A stretch of 63,061 nt of DNA, filler included, from Pelomyxa schiedti (lineage: Eukaryota > Protista > Evosea): NCBI GenBank assembly GCA_020536535.1. It is 18 parts of 18 records of this genome, joined end to end, with 100 filler letters (N's around TTAATTAATTAA, not from the genome) between each part and the next. Parts side by side here need not be neighbours in the genome. Positions count along the whole stretch, not along the records: positions 1 to 16,066 come from JAHLWZ010001148.1; positions 16,167 to 29,829 come from JAHLWZ010001189.1; 16 more parts are not named here. One strand, 5' to 3'. Positions 13,184 through 26,272 of the stretch are shown here, in pieces (the stretch's first letter is position 1; every line of letters begins with the position of its first letter). A program made the translations under genes and the position numbers. The notes under the pieces were generated by a model. That model was not told the origin of the DNA, did no database searches, and was given only the letters and a program-made list of their open reading frames with translations.

Positions 13184-14950
13184 TCACTTTTCCCACCAGT
13201 CAGAGTCTTGCTCCATTGGGTGGTCTCTGATGTACAACTCCAACTCTGTGACTGACCGTGGGATGCCCTGCCTCACCCCAGGTGTGGATACCTCAAGTGA
13301 CCCAAGTGCAACAGCATACAGTGCGCACCTACACCGGAAAGCAAAAGTTAATGTGGTGTCAATAACTGCTATATAATAATCGGAGTTGAATAGGGGGAGA
13401 GAGGAGAACAAACTTTTCAGGAGTGCGCTTCCGCACGAGGCCCAGCAGGAGCCCAGCCATTGAGGCATCACCGGCTCCGGTTGTGTCACACACTGTTATG
13501 CCTGTGGGTGGCGTGGTCTTGACGATTTTGTTGACTCTTTTGTCAACTAGCCAAGCTCCTTGCTTTTTTGTGTTGTTGTTTTTAGTGACTTGTGAGTTTG
13601 GTTAAGTGTTGTTTTTTTTTTTTGTGTTGGGTGTTTTGGGGCTGGCAGCCAAACCTTTCCTCTGGTGAGGAGGACGACGGTAGTGGTTGAGCCCCATGAG
13701 AGTATCCTTTTTATTGCGGCTTCCGGGTCACACTCTTCTGTAAGTTTGAACATCTCCTCTTCGTTCATGCTCACTACGTGGCACCGCTTCACTAGGCGCC
13801 TTGCGTCTTCTGTTCGGTTCTAGAGGACAGGGTGGCTCTCATGCGATACAACAAAGAAAAGTGAACGACCTACCTGAATGATTGAGATGGAGGGAGCACC
13901 AGCTATCATAATACGATCGTCCCTTGCCATTGTTATGCAGTGATCGATTGCTTCAACACCGCAGTCACTTGTGAGAGAGGTCCAGACAAGAATTGTGGTT
14001 CTTCGTATCACATCTTCCTGGTTTTCGATGTGGGTCATATGTGCGAAACCAGAGTAATCAGTACCTTGCAAAAGCTCTTATTATAGTGGTCTGAGGCACC
14101 CTTGAAAGCCATCACTGTTCTGTCACCATTATCCCTGCCAGCAGCCGATAGAATCACACTGAGACCTGTTGGGTGCTCCTCAAACCGGGCAACGCCGGAT
14201 GTATCAACATTGTACTGTGTGAAGTCTGCCATGCAAGCTTTTTATTTTTGCAATGAGTTATAAAAATCCCAGTTGGTCAACTTACATTCAGAGGGTGGAT
14301 CAGTGCCAAGTCCACCAAAGAATGCTGTAGAGAGCCCCAATTTAGCTAGATCAACTGCTATGTTAGAAGCACTGCCACCAGGCCAGAAATTCACACTTCT
14401 CACATTAAGCTTGGTGGAGATTTCAATAGCAAGGTAGTGCTTATCTACCCCAAAAGGTCAGGTGTTGCATAAAACTTGTTTTGCACCAGTAGTAGTAGTA
14501 GTTGAGGTTTATTCGCATAAAACACAAACCAGTTCCCCGGCGACTGAACATATTCAGATTCTCCAGATTCTCAAGTGAGAACACCTGATCCACGCAACAG
14601 CTCCCAATGCACGCGACGTGGAACGACCGCTTCGGCGTCGGCGCCGCGCTCGGCACGTAGCACCGCGTCAGCGGCGACGACTTGGTCAGGAGCGGGGGCG
14701 ACCCCGACCGCGGCGAGCTCGGCGGGGAGGTCGGGGGAGACGACGGCGGGGTGAACATTGTGGGAGGCGAGGAGGACAGCACGTAGGGCACCTCGGAGAG
14801 CGTCGGCGGCGACGCCGAGAGGGTGTAGAGGTGCACGTCCTCGCACGCGACCGTCGACAGCGTGGGGACGTAGCCCCCGCTGCTCCTGAGCCCCGACGAC
14901 GACGTCGGGACGGCTATGGCCGCGGACACCGTCGGCGTGGGCTTGCTCAT
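13184..14950 (-). CDS. PfkB/ribokinase-family carbohydrate kinase (spliced)
   Basis: VACIGSCCVD, PGGSASNIAVDLAKLGL, HPTGLSVIL..GDRTVMAFKGAS, SMNEEE, VLLTRG and the PfkB signature CDTTGAGDASMAG. Confidence 0.9.
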
Positions 14951-15391
14951 TGGTTGATTGAATTGGATTTGGTGACTTTGATCGAGATCTTGGGTCTCAG
15001 TGGATCATATTTGGACCATGAGGGTCAATGAGAGGATTGGCCCAGGGAACAATGCTTGAGGGAACACCGACAGCCCCGGTGGGGTGGCATCCGGATTGCC
15101 TGCTGGTGATATGATGTGACCACAGACCAAAATTGAGAGAAAGTCACATATCAACATCACAAATCCGGTTTATCGGAAGTCGCGGGACTTCCTCATAACG
15201 TAATTAACAAATAGACACAACAACGAAATTGAAATCACACAAAGCCGAGTTGGTTCTGTCTTCAACGACAATCTCCCCCCAACGACAAAACCCCGCCCGG
15301 GCAGACACCCCCAGCAGCCAGCCTGCCTCGTCAGCCCATAATTGCCACATTCTTTCTTTGAGAGAGCTTTGTGTTGTCGCGAGAGCAAGAA

Positions 15392-16066
15392 ATGCAGCAC
15401 CAGCCACGCACCTCCCCTGGCGCGACCACGTCCACGCCCCTCGGCGGGGCCTTCTCCCGTGGCACGGGCTCCTCGTGCGTCGGCGGCGGCGTCGGCGGCG
15501 CGGTCGTGCCGTCGGCGTCGTCCCCCAGCGTCGCGTCGCTGTCGCCCGCGACGCGATCTCGCTCGCCCGTCGGCGTCGGCGGCGACGCGGCCTCGTCGTC
15601 CTCCACGGAGCGCAGCAGCACGCGGCCGCAGGCGTCGCCGCTGCTACTGGAGACGCAGCACAATGTGGTGGCGCCCAGCAGCAGCAGCAGCTTCACGGGG
15701 CCAAGTGGGATCACGTCCCCGCCGTCGATGACACTCGCGAATATGAACTACTACCTGGTTGGTGATGATGGATTCATTTGTGCCAATCTTTGAGAATCTT
15801 TGTTTGATTCAGTCCAACATTTACTTTTGGATAGTGATGTTTTTTTTTTTCCTCGTCTCGCTTCGTTTCCTCGAATGTTCTTTCTTTGCTTTTACTGTAA
15901 ACATTTTGTGTGTGGACAGATATATTTGCTGATTCTGTCAGCTGACAAAATTACTTACAAATATAGATACAGGAGGACGACTCATTTCCTATCAGAAAGA
16001 GCAGGAGTGTTAACAGTCTTGCAACATACACCCAATCACCAAACATCAACCGACTGGTCAGAGCTT
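15392..16066 (+). CDS. 5' fragment of a Ser-rich hypothetical protein, divergent from the PfkB gene
   Basis: GC-rich first exon MQHQPRTSPG..NMNYYL followed by an AT-rich intron-like stretch. Truncated at the contig end. Confidence 0.45.
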
Positions 16067-16166
16067 NNNNNNNNNNNNNNNNNNNNNNNNNNNNNNNNNN
16101 NNNNNNNNNNTTAATTAATTAANNNNNNNNNNNNNNNNNNNNNNNNNNNNNNNNNNNNNNNNNNNN
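16067..16166. other. Artificial contig linker N-TTAATTAATTAA-N (first of 17)
   Basis: Same 100-nt linker, with stops in all six frames, also starts near 29830, 33257, 34643, 35765, 38127, 39724, 41039, 43687, 47741, 49100, 51524, 53455, 55197, 56346, 57487 and 58983. Confidence 0.98.
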
Positions 16167-16464
16167 ACGTCGGTACCAACATCATATGGGGAAGGTCCGT
16201 CCTGGTGCTACGGTCAAAACGGGTAAATATCAGCACCGGCCATTCCGCGAAGATCATAAATTCTACACACGGAAAGTCTGGAAATCCACAAGATCAACAC
16301 CCGCCGTTATGAACTTTACTTCCAAAAATACGATGAAATAAAAACAAACGTTTGTTTGCATTTTTTCAATTCCAACAAAAAAACCCGGCATCAACACAAC
16401 ACCGCACACCTACACACCAACTGAGAGATCCCGAAGAGGAGATCTGAAGCAACAAAGCAAACGA

Positions 16465-19400
16465 ATGGGTGTCCCGCGAGTGTCGTTGTTAGCGACGACA
16501 TTGCTGCTTGTTGCGGTTGTATCGGCTGATTTCTTCGGCGACACCAGAGAACCCGAGGTCGTTCGCGCACTCCGCCACAGCCGCGTCGCTGTGCCGATCA
16601 CGAACATCGTTGATGAACTCGAGCAAAAGGTTTCCCTTCCTGCGCTCGTCGTTTTTACCGATGGTTTTAACCGTTTTGTATAGCAAGCACTTGAATTGGG
16701 CCCCACGATTGGGCAGCTCTTGCCTTACTTGCACGATCATTCTAGGAATACATCCTTTGATTATCCTAGCATTCCAGCTCCTACGCATATGACCCGTGAT
16801 ACGACTGTAGGAATTGACAGTCCGTCAATCATTCCCTGGGGTCCGACACAGGATGGTGGCTACAAAGGTACGACACAGAGTACAACGCTTTACTCACACT
16901 TTAAAGGAAGCACATATATTGCCCGCCGTTATGTTATCAATTCCTTGGATACCGACGAGAGTTCAATGATTCTGTACCCATATTCCTTCGACGCTCTGGC
17001 GGAAGACAAACTGGCAACGATCAAAGCGAAAAATGCAACCAATGGACAATCAGGCATTATCATGGCCGAGCAGTCTTTCCCCTACGGCTCTCTGCTCGAC
17101 ACAGAGGTTAGTTTTTTAGCACATTCCATTCTTTCCTCCCTAAATCGTACAACAGCCCACCGAAAATCTACCTAGCATTAACGACTATTACTTTCACTGG
17201 CTTTTGACAAACTCTACCATAAACTTATCTCGCGCTAAGGCTGTCTATGATTCCAGCATTGCTGTGCTTCAGGTTTTTTTTTCCCTGCCTTCCTTCCATA
17301 GGCTAAGGCATCCAAGGTTACTGATACGTGGATTGATGGTGTACCCATTGACTTAACTTGGGAAGCAGACTATTTTTGCACAGTTTTTTACAATTATATT
17401 TGGGGCAAATACAAGAAATGCTTCCGCGGTCTCTATGATTGGGAGCAATATCTTGCTGCAAATCCTGTGACACACGAACGGGTAAGGTCTTCTTATGAAA
17501 CAATTCTATGAACCAATTTTTATAGGTGAGCTTTGTTTTCTTGACTCCAGAGAATATAACTGCCAATGGGTACGGTTTTTCGTTCTTAGTCCGCTTTAAC
17601 TGTGTATAGTCTCAAAAATACTGATGGCTCCAATCGCTTTGGGATGCTCATTTTCCCTGACATTGTTGAGGTTTTCCCCAAAATGGAAGCACATGATCTT
17701 GTAATATGAGATATAGGGCTCACAGTCGAAAATACTTTCTCGGCTCTCCTCTGCCTCCTCTCAAATTCAATCTTTCGTCTCTGCTGGTGGCCTACTGTAT
17801 TCATCGGGAAAGGGTGCTCTTGTAGTTGAAGGGCTTTCCCTTGCTAGATCGGGGGTAAGTGGTTTTTTTTCATAAACAGAATCTAATACTTCACAGACGT
17901 TCAGTCAGTCATACACACTCACTAGCACGGCGAGCATTTTAGCTCTGGGTGATGGATGCAAACTGGGTGATTTTTCTTCTGACGTAGGAATGGATTTCAT
18001 TCAGAGAACAATTTGCTTTTCCATTCCAAGAGGCACTGACTATATTTATGACGCACTACTTTCAGGTGCACAACAGTAATGTTACAGTGTTATCTTACAC
18101 CCTTCCAGGGCCTAAAGTGGATACTATGGATACATCTTACACTGTTTTCGCCAACTGGAAAACAGGAGTTTCCTGGCGCCCCATAATGTTGCATGACACT
18201 GTGAGTGGCCTTAATTCCGATCTACCAGCAGATGGTACAACCCAGCCAATGATCATGTACAAGAAATATGGCCAGGGACAAGTTCTGTATGGTTTCCTTT
18301 ATCTGGTCGTCTCTCTTAAAGTATCCCTTCCAGTCTTAACTTGGGCAACTCTCCTTATGAGTGGAACTCTTTTTCATGGGTGTATAATGCTTTCTTGCTG
18401 GCTAACACCAAACCTGTGGTATTGAATAATAAAATCGATGGTGTGTCACTTATTTTGTGGGGTTATGTGTGACCTTATACGCTTATAGGTGCTGTGAACC
18501 ATACCATTCCCGCCTTGGAGACTGTTACATTGAGTTCTACCCTTACACTCAAAAACTACTTCAGTGGTGACATTGGGCAAGTTTCCTTCTCTGTATTCTA
18601 CAGGAAAGGCCTTGATGGTATTTTTTCTTGTTTCTGTTCTATTTTTAACACCTAGGCAGTTCAAACCACTACCCCCTCGTTGTGCACAGTCAAGACTACT
18701 TCCGTTACAGTTCCTCTAGATATTCTCAACAATACACGCTGGTTTGATTGCACTCTGACCTCTCTCGCAGCCTTTGCAACACGGGAGCTCAAATTCAGCA
18801 TCTCCATTATCGATAATCTCATCACTCAACAAAAACTCGCTGTCACCCTTCTTTACCCAAAACTCTCTTACACTGATGCCGCCTCGAAGCAGGAGGAAGT
18901 TGAGTACGCAGTAACAGTAGATGCTGCAATGGCCGCTTTGTTGCGGGCTGATATGAATATCGATCCGTCCTCGACGTACCCTCTTCATGCCCGTGGTGCT
19001 TATGTGGACAATGTAATGAATTGTGAAAACAAAGAAGAGACCGTTGCTCAACACGTTTCTCATGTTTCCATTGTCCCGTTGATCACCCCCCTTATTGATA
19101 TAAATGACCAAATCCAACTTGCTTCCTATATGGAATTTGATATGGAGTACTACAAGCAAGCCACAAACCAGGTTCCTTCTTTTTAAAAACTGTCTTTCTC
19201 TTATCACAAATGTAGATCTTGAACTACATCTTCCCTTTTGTGGCCGAAGAGGACTATGATTACATGGATTTCACCCGTTTGTGCAGCAGAAACAATGTTT
19301 TGGTATTTTATTCCCTCCCCCTCTCTTTGCAAATCAAACAGTCTTCTAGGCAGCCTCCTGGGATGAAGCTGTTAAACTTTTCCGTATTGCACGTGACACT

Positions 19401-22400
19401 GTATCGGGTGCTGGAAAAGATGCAGGAATCACCCCCGCTGAATGTGTACCCAACGCCAACTACCAGACAAACAATGAAAACGACTTCTATCTTGAAAAGC
19501 AGCAGAATTTCGCCAACTCTGATAGCTATTACGAGCACGCTACACAGAGAATGATGGTAGTTCTCTTCTCAGATACCATTCAGTAACAGTTCAAAACAAA
19601 GGCCTTCCTGGATACGTGGGACCCTAAAGGCGCTGCCACGTTTTATCACAACAGCATTCCCGCCTCGGATCAGGCCCCATCCAAAGCTGGAGCTGCTCGT
19701 CGCCGAGTTCTCTTTGCCAGAAACGACGTTTTCTTCTGGACTAAGTATCCCCAGCCTGATGGTACTTTTTTCGTGTCTGTACCTTCGGAATTTACTTCCT
19801 CCCTCTACAGGTCTCCCTGATCGAAATACTCTCATAACTGTGGATCAGTACACAGCACCCACTTGCACTGGGAACGGCTTCCAATCCACATCAACTTATA
19901 CAGTGAAAGGAGGTAAGAAGATACCCTATTGTCCCACTCTTAACGGTTTTCAGTTTTCTCCTCTGCTGATCCTACTGGCGTTGGTCTTATTCCTCAGGAG
20001 TGGCAGAACGAATTACTGCTGGACTGTCGTAGAGCAGCGGCTAAAGTTACCCCAGATCAGCTGGAGTCCAAGTCCGGGGGCTTGGCTAAACTCACCCATT
20101 ACATTGTCCCTATAAGGTGTGACTTCCGTCCCGTTGTTCTGCTTCTCATTTTCTACAAGTGACGACGGGATCCAACAGGCTGCGGATATGTACGGCTTCG
20201 ACACTTCCGGCACCTATTTCGGTTACTCCGAGGTTTCATATTTGGTTCTCTGACGATTTGCTGATTCCCCTTAGATCAAGTTTGTGTACCCGTACCAAGC
20301 CAAGATCGATGTATACCCCAGTGCTAGCCGAAGAGGAGGAGAAATGGTGTTCACGTTTTCCACCGATCCCTGGAACGGAGTTAACCCCACTAATGATGAC
20401 TGGGTGACTGTGTCTGCCGACCAGATTGCTATCATCTCTATTGTCTCGCTTTAGTTGCCACTGCTTAAAAACTCATTAACCCAACAGACATACTCGGCTC
20501 CTGTTCTTAGAATTCGTTTCAAGAGAGGAAACATGCCAAATGAAGCTTACGGCTCAGCCAGCCATCTTCAGATCAACTTGGAGGGAATTACTGCCTCTGA
20601 AAGTACCGTTTTTCTTCCGACTACTTGTACATTGACTCTTCCAAGCTACTGTAAGTTGCACAATGGATCTCTACTCTCTCGTTTATGATATCGCTGATCC
20701 TGCACATGGCTATGAACGGTGGTACGATTTGCACACTGTCTCGGGCCAAGCGGTGCAATTCACCAAGACTCGTGCTTTGTCTCTTCCAGCAGCTGTTCTC
20801 TCGTTTGTCCTTCCTTGGACCGACAGCATCATGCAACCTTACGAATTCCTTGAACCGTTTGTACGTTATGGGCTGTATGAACAAGAGCTGTACAAGCACA
20901 GGGCTGTCCACGGAAGTGCTGAAATTCACCCTATAAATGAGCCGTGCTTAGTCACACGGGTATGCATTTACTTCCGTTTCCCTTCTGATGAGAGACCAGA
21001 ACGGAGGATTTTCCACCTTCACCCATGTTGGTACCAGCAGTGTTCCTTTCCGCGAGTATGTTAATACTGGCATTTCCTTGATTATTCCGGCTGCTGCACA
21101 AACTGGTCGTGTTGAGTGGTACGACGTATGGGGCAGGTTTGTTTCACGTTTTTTTTTCCCCCTTTCACGTCTCTCAGACACTGGGCACAACCAGTTCGTT
21201 CGACGATCTTTGAGTACCCCCCAATTCCCCCGCCTCTTCGAAATTTCGTTATGACCACAACCTTTGAGGTAGGCTGGGAAGGCTAATAAGATCTAACACT
21301 CTGCAGTTATTGTCCCCGAGCTCTACTGGTCTGCAGTTCACTGACTGGCGCAGTGATGACACAGTCGACGTCCGGTAGTCCTTTGAAGAATGTTTTTAAA
21401 AAATGACACAAAGAAAAGAGTGCAGATGAAGCTGCTGAATAACTATCCTAAGTACTTTGAGATTACTACATGCAAAGAAAATGAAGTAATGGAGCTCTGC
21501 ACTGGTGGCAATAATTGTGGATACTCGAGGCTGTTTGACATAGACTTTGCGCCACCAACAGATTTTAAGGTACTCCTAAGAAGAAGCAAAAGGAAAAAAA
21601 AACCTTGTTGCAGGTTCCAACTGATACTACTGATGACCTTCAATACATTAAAATTGGACACAATGTCGGTGTTTCCTTTTTTTTTTTTAATCCACTAATT
21701 TTTTTAAGGCCTCGTACGGTATCTGCTTCAGGGATGCTGAGGTTTGGCTTAATGGCACACACCTTACTGCTGATGACAGAGCCCTTATTCAACATGCTGG
21801 TATGTAATGGGGTTATGAACTTCCATCCTTATATGTCCGAAGCTCACTGTGCGAACATTATCGACGATGATGATCCTCTGTGTGAACAGCTCATGGGTGA
21901 GCCAACAGTTAGCAGACGTCCTGATAGCGCAACGGCATACCCCTGGAATTATGCTACACAAGTTGCTAAGTACTGGCCCCAGGGATACGCCAAGGTTTGT
22001 GAAGGGTATTGACTGGGTCTCACGATTCCTAGAATATAATGTGGGACCTGACCCACTATGATTATGACGATACTAAATATGACAAGGTGAACATTTCCAT
22101 TTTTTTCCTTTTTTATTCTAACCCATCTTTCCTTTAAACAGGCCTATAAGTATCACATGGTATACCCATTGCTACTCGAGTTAGCCTAATCTTTTCACTC
22201 CACATAGGATAACAACCTCCCCCATCTTGGGCACTACATTACCAAAACTGATAATATTATCGCCTTCCCCTTGTTTAAAGGCTGTGGCTACAAAATGGTT
22301 TATGCCAATACCCACGGAAACCCCAAATTCCCTGGGAAGACAGGTTCGCTATCCTTGACTTTACTCCAGTCTTACAAGAGTTAGGATGGTGGTCTGACAA

Positions 22401-25400
22401 CTTACAAAACCGAGATCACACTCTCGTTGCTGGACAACAGTTTTGCCATAACATCTCCGTGAACGCTGCTTCTCTTATAGACTCCTCCGAGTGGGTTGAT
22501 ATCACCCAACTGACAAACGCTGCAAGTGAATCGGCAGCTGCCCTTAAAAATATCTACACCTGCTTGTTCAACAGAAAACGCCTGAAAACATATGTTGATA
22601 ACCAGTGGACGCAATACTTGACCAATGTGTACGAGAATAATGTGATTCCTGTGCCACCGGGCCTCACTGCCAATGACGTTACCAACTATGATTGCACTGG
22701 AACAACACAGTACACTCCAGGTACGTTTTCACAGGCCAAAATGCAAATAACTTTTTTGCAGATAATATCAACCAGTTCCCCAACGTTGTCTATACTGATT
22801 CTCCTCGCGACTGGCTGTATTTTGCCGCAAATCTGCGGGGAAATGCACTAGAAACAATCAACGTGATCTATCAACTCAAGCCTCTCGACACGAATGTCAT
22901 CAAATATGAGGGTGTAGCTAAGGTTCAAGATGGTGGTCGATTCACCTACTGGGTATCTTTCTCCTATCTTTGTGTATCGATCAGTTCTAATTTACTTTAG
23001 AATCCTGCCAACTCAAGGAACTCGTTCTTGGTTCATGATAATCCAGTTAGCACAGTATTCGCGATAAGAAATGACCTTCAAAATACCCTGGAAATCATTC
23101 CTACCTACACAACCACCTTCGATGCTTTGGTTTTCCAACATTTAACTATAACTGATGAAGAAGAGGATCACCGAGAGTGGACAACACCCATTTACATAAA
23201 GGTAACTTTCGTTTTATCCCTTAACTCTAACTCATTACAGCACCACGGTTATGGAGACTTCGTTATCAGTGTTTACGTTGGCGGCAATGGTGGCTCGGCC
23301 ATCCTGGAACCCGGCGGCCAGGTCAGAGTCAAGATAACTTTCAGCAACAACGCTGGTAACACTTGTGCTAAATAATTTCTTTTTTTGATGTTCATCCCAG
23401 GGTTCGACATTAACTTGAAGTCCAATGCCATGGAATCCTCTGAAATAGATCAAGAGGCAATCAACTCTAGTAGGAAAAGTCGAAAAAGGCTCCCACTTAC
23501 TGTTCACAGATGATTTGATGTACAATCTGAAACATACCCTCATGTACCCATCCAAGTACAACTTCATGGATCTAGTTATTCCGGAGGACCTGAAGCCTTA
23601 TATTACCTATGAGCCATGCCAAGATGTTGTGGGGGTATTTTTGTTCCCGTTTAGTGTTTGTTCCCACACATTCACCAGATTGCTCCTCTTTTCTTCGACT
23701 TCGACAACATCAATGTTGCTACTATTCGAGATGGTTGGAAGGGTGACTACTACTACTGGTTGCACCTATCTTCATCTTTCCCGGTAGAAAAGCGCGGCCG
23801 ACTCCTCACAATTCCGATGAAACTCAACACTACCTACTTCGACTTCTTCCCAGGTCACCACCTCTCCCTCTTGCTACCTTCTGACATCCACAGGTTCCGG
23901 AGACCCAACAAAAATGCACTCCTATGCCCCTGTTATACCTTCTCTTGTCATTGGTGTTCCTTACGCCTCGAGCCACCCGGACTATCCTAACAAAATATTC
24001 TGGACTAGTGGCTACGCCACCTTCGCAGCGCTCGACCATTGTATCCCAAACACCTTCACACCGGAAGGTGCTCAGTTTGTCACGCTTGCCGATCTCGACA
24101 GGCTCCGTCAATGCCTTTCCTCTGGATCTGGGGAAGTCGCGTGTCTCGAGACAGTGAGTGATTTTTCACCGCATTAGACTCCTATTAATCTAAAAAAGGC
24201 GTGGAAAGATTTCGTGGCTAACGGCACAGCCTGCCCCTTCACTTCCACGGTGGATTCGTACAACAATTTGCACTTGGATTACACTCCCGGCTTGACGGTA
24301 CAGTACCCCACTTTCCCGAAGAAAGTTCTTCCTACCGCTGGCCCAGATGTGGTACGTTCCCAACGATGAAATATGATAAACATTCACTTCCTACAGGCGG
24401 AGCTTCACATTCTGTTAAAAACAACTGCAAAACAACTGTCTGCAGGGTATCCAGCTGTGAGCTACTACCGATACGTACGGCTTAACGCCTCCCCTTCCAA
24501 TCTAAATTACGAAGGTGCGATTCCAAGACTGGACGAAGGCATCGAAGTCGGTGACGGATGATCTTGACTACGATGTTCACAGCAAAGGTGCTTGGCTATC
24601 TGTCTCGTACAAGGGAACCCTTGTGTCTGCTACGGGACTCCAACTTTCAAGCCAGTACCTTTATACTACAGATAACGGCAATGCCTTAATTACGATCACA
24701 GTTCGTAACAGTGGAGATGGAATGGTATGTCTATCTTTCTATGGGATGCCTTGGCTCTTAACATCACTAACAGGCATACAGTCCAAACATGACTGTGTAC
24801 ATTCCTACAAATATCACAATCTTAGAAGGGACAATCAAAGCCAACCACACACTGAAGACTTTGCCCGGTGGTACCTCGCAAGAACTCACGTTCTACATGG
24901 GTGTTCCTCTTGCTCCCGGTTCCAGTCAGGCCTACACAGTTCAAGTTCAGTTCTATGCAGATGGCAGGGATGGTGCTGGCCCTGGTGCAAGTGGCTATCT
25001 AGGCGGCCAAGTGATTGCCAGCGGAGGGCAGGGTGCCATTGACCTCACTGAGACACAAGGGGAACGCCAAGTTAAACAGAACATCACCAACCCCTTCATT
25101 CTTCCATACAGCTCCAACGCCAGGCCCGATATGACGGCCTGGCTAAGTGGGAAGAAGTCTAGTGGCTCTCAAGCTCAGTTGGAAGTATCTCATGAGATCG
25201 AACAAATAAGAAACTACTTGTGGAGGTGCAGGGCTCCAGATACCCGTTGGATAACTTTTGCGGTAAGCCTTCCTCTCTTTTTTCCTTAACTAATCGCGGT
25301 ACAGATTACCACCGGTGAAGATTCAACAGGCATTTCTGTTGACATTGATGCCCTATGGGAAAATATTACTTCCACTTCGACCACCGCCTACAAGAAAGTA

Positions 25401-25888
25401 ACAATTGACTTCATGGTCTCCTTGACTCGTGACGCCGCCGTTACTGTAGCCTCCACCCCAGTCGTCGTCGCAGAATCCAACATCTGGCAATGGAACGTTC
25501 CGGAAAACAACTACCTCTGGTATGCGAACCAACCGCCGCGCCTCCTTTCCTTTCCTTTCCTTTCCCTTACCTTACCCGCTCACATTCCCATAGGCTTCTG
25601 TTCCTGATTCCCGGAGCCGCTATTCCAGCTCTGGCCCTTACCGTCGTATTCCTCAAGGTTCCCGGCAAGAAAGCCACGCCCCCGGAGCCGGTCTACAACG
25701 CCTCGTCCTCGTCGCCATCCAAGGTGCCCAAGGCCAAGCGCTACCAGCCTGACGACGATGTGGAGATGGCCGCAGCGTCCGGCGGTGCATCGGGCACAAG
25801 CGCACAGACCCCAGTCAGTTCCAGCGGGCCTACGTACCTGATGGCTGGGTGTACCCCGATCAACGTGGTGGACACCAAAGCATTGTAG
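16465..25888 (+). CDS. Giant type-I membrane or surface protein with many short introns; GATase1-like domain and Ig/CARDB-like domains
   Basis: Signal peptide MGVPRVSLLATTLLLVAVVSA. GATase-like segment GMLIFPD..QIQSFVSAGGLLYSSGKGA. Beta-sandwich motifs LEPGGQVRVKITFSNNAG and ITITVRNSGDG. C-terminal TM LLFLIPGAAIPALALTVVFL plus a cytosolic tail. Where checked, exons join through GT-AG introns. Confidence 0.8.
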
Positions 25889-26272
25889 TACTACACACAC
25901 AAACTTATAAAGGGTTTTACCCAAACACACAATAATAAATAAAACCCTTTCTTTTTGGCAGAAATGTTTTCTTCCCTTTCTTCCAGCAAGGGTCTTGTTG
26001 TGTCGCCCAATGCTTGTGTGTTCCTTCTCGAACTTTTTTCTGCGAAGCCTGTGATTACAGTAAGCGAGTGACTGCATCGGCCAATGGAGGGGAAATGCCA
26101 TGTGGTCTACCGAAGGAAAACCCCTGACAGATCGTCGTGTATGGGAGAGCAAGCTACACCTCCCAGTTAACGCAGAACGAACCATGATCGACCACGAAGA
26201 ACAAAAAAAGAAAAAACCAACAGCAACCGCAGCTTGCTTTTTTCTCACACACAGGAAGCGAAGGCAAACACA

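Noticed and set aside
16067-16166. Recurring TTAATTAATTAA flanked by Ns as a biological repeat or CRISPR-like array
   Set aside because: It is an artificial six-frame-stop linker between contigs, so adjacency across it carries no synteny information.
16465-25888. Stop-codon reassignment or programmed frameshifting to explain the fragmented ORFs
   Set aside because: Where checked, stops fall inside short GT-AG introns and the exons rejoin in frame with the standard code.
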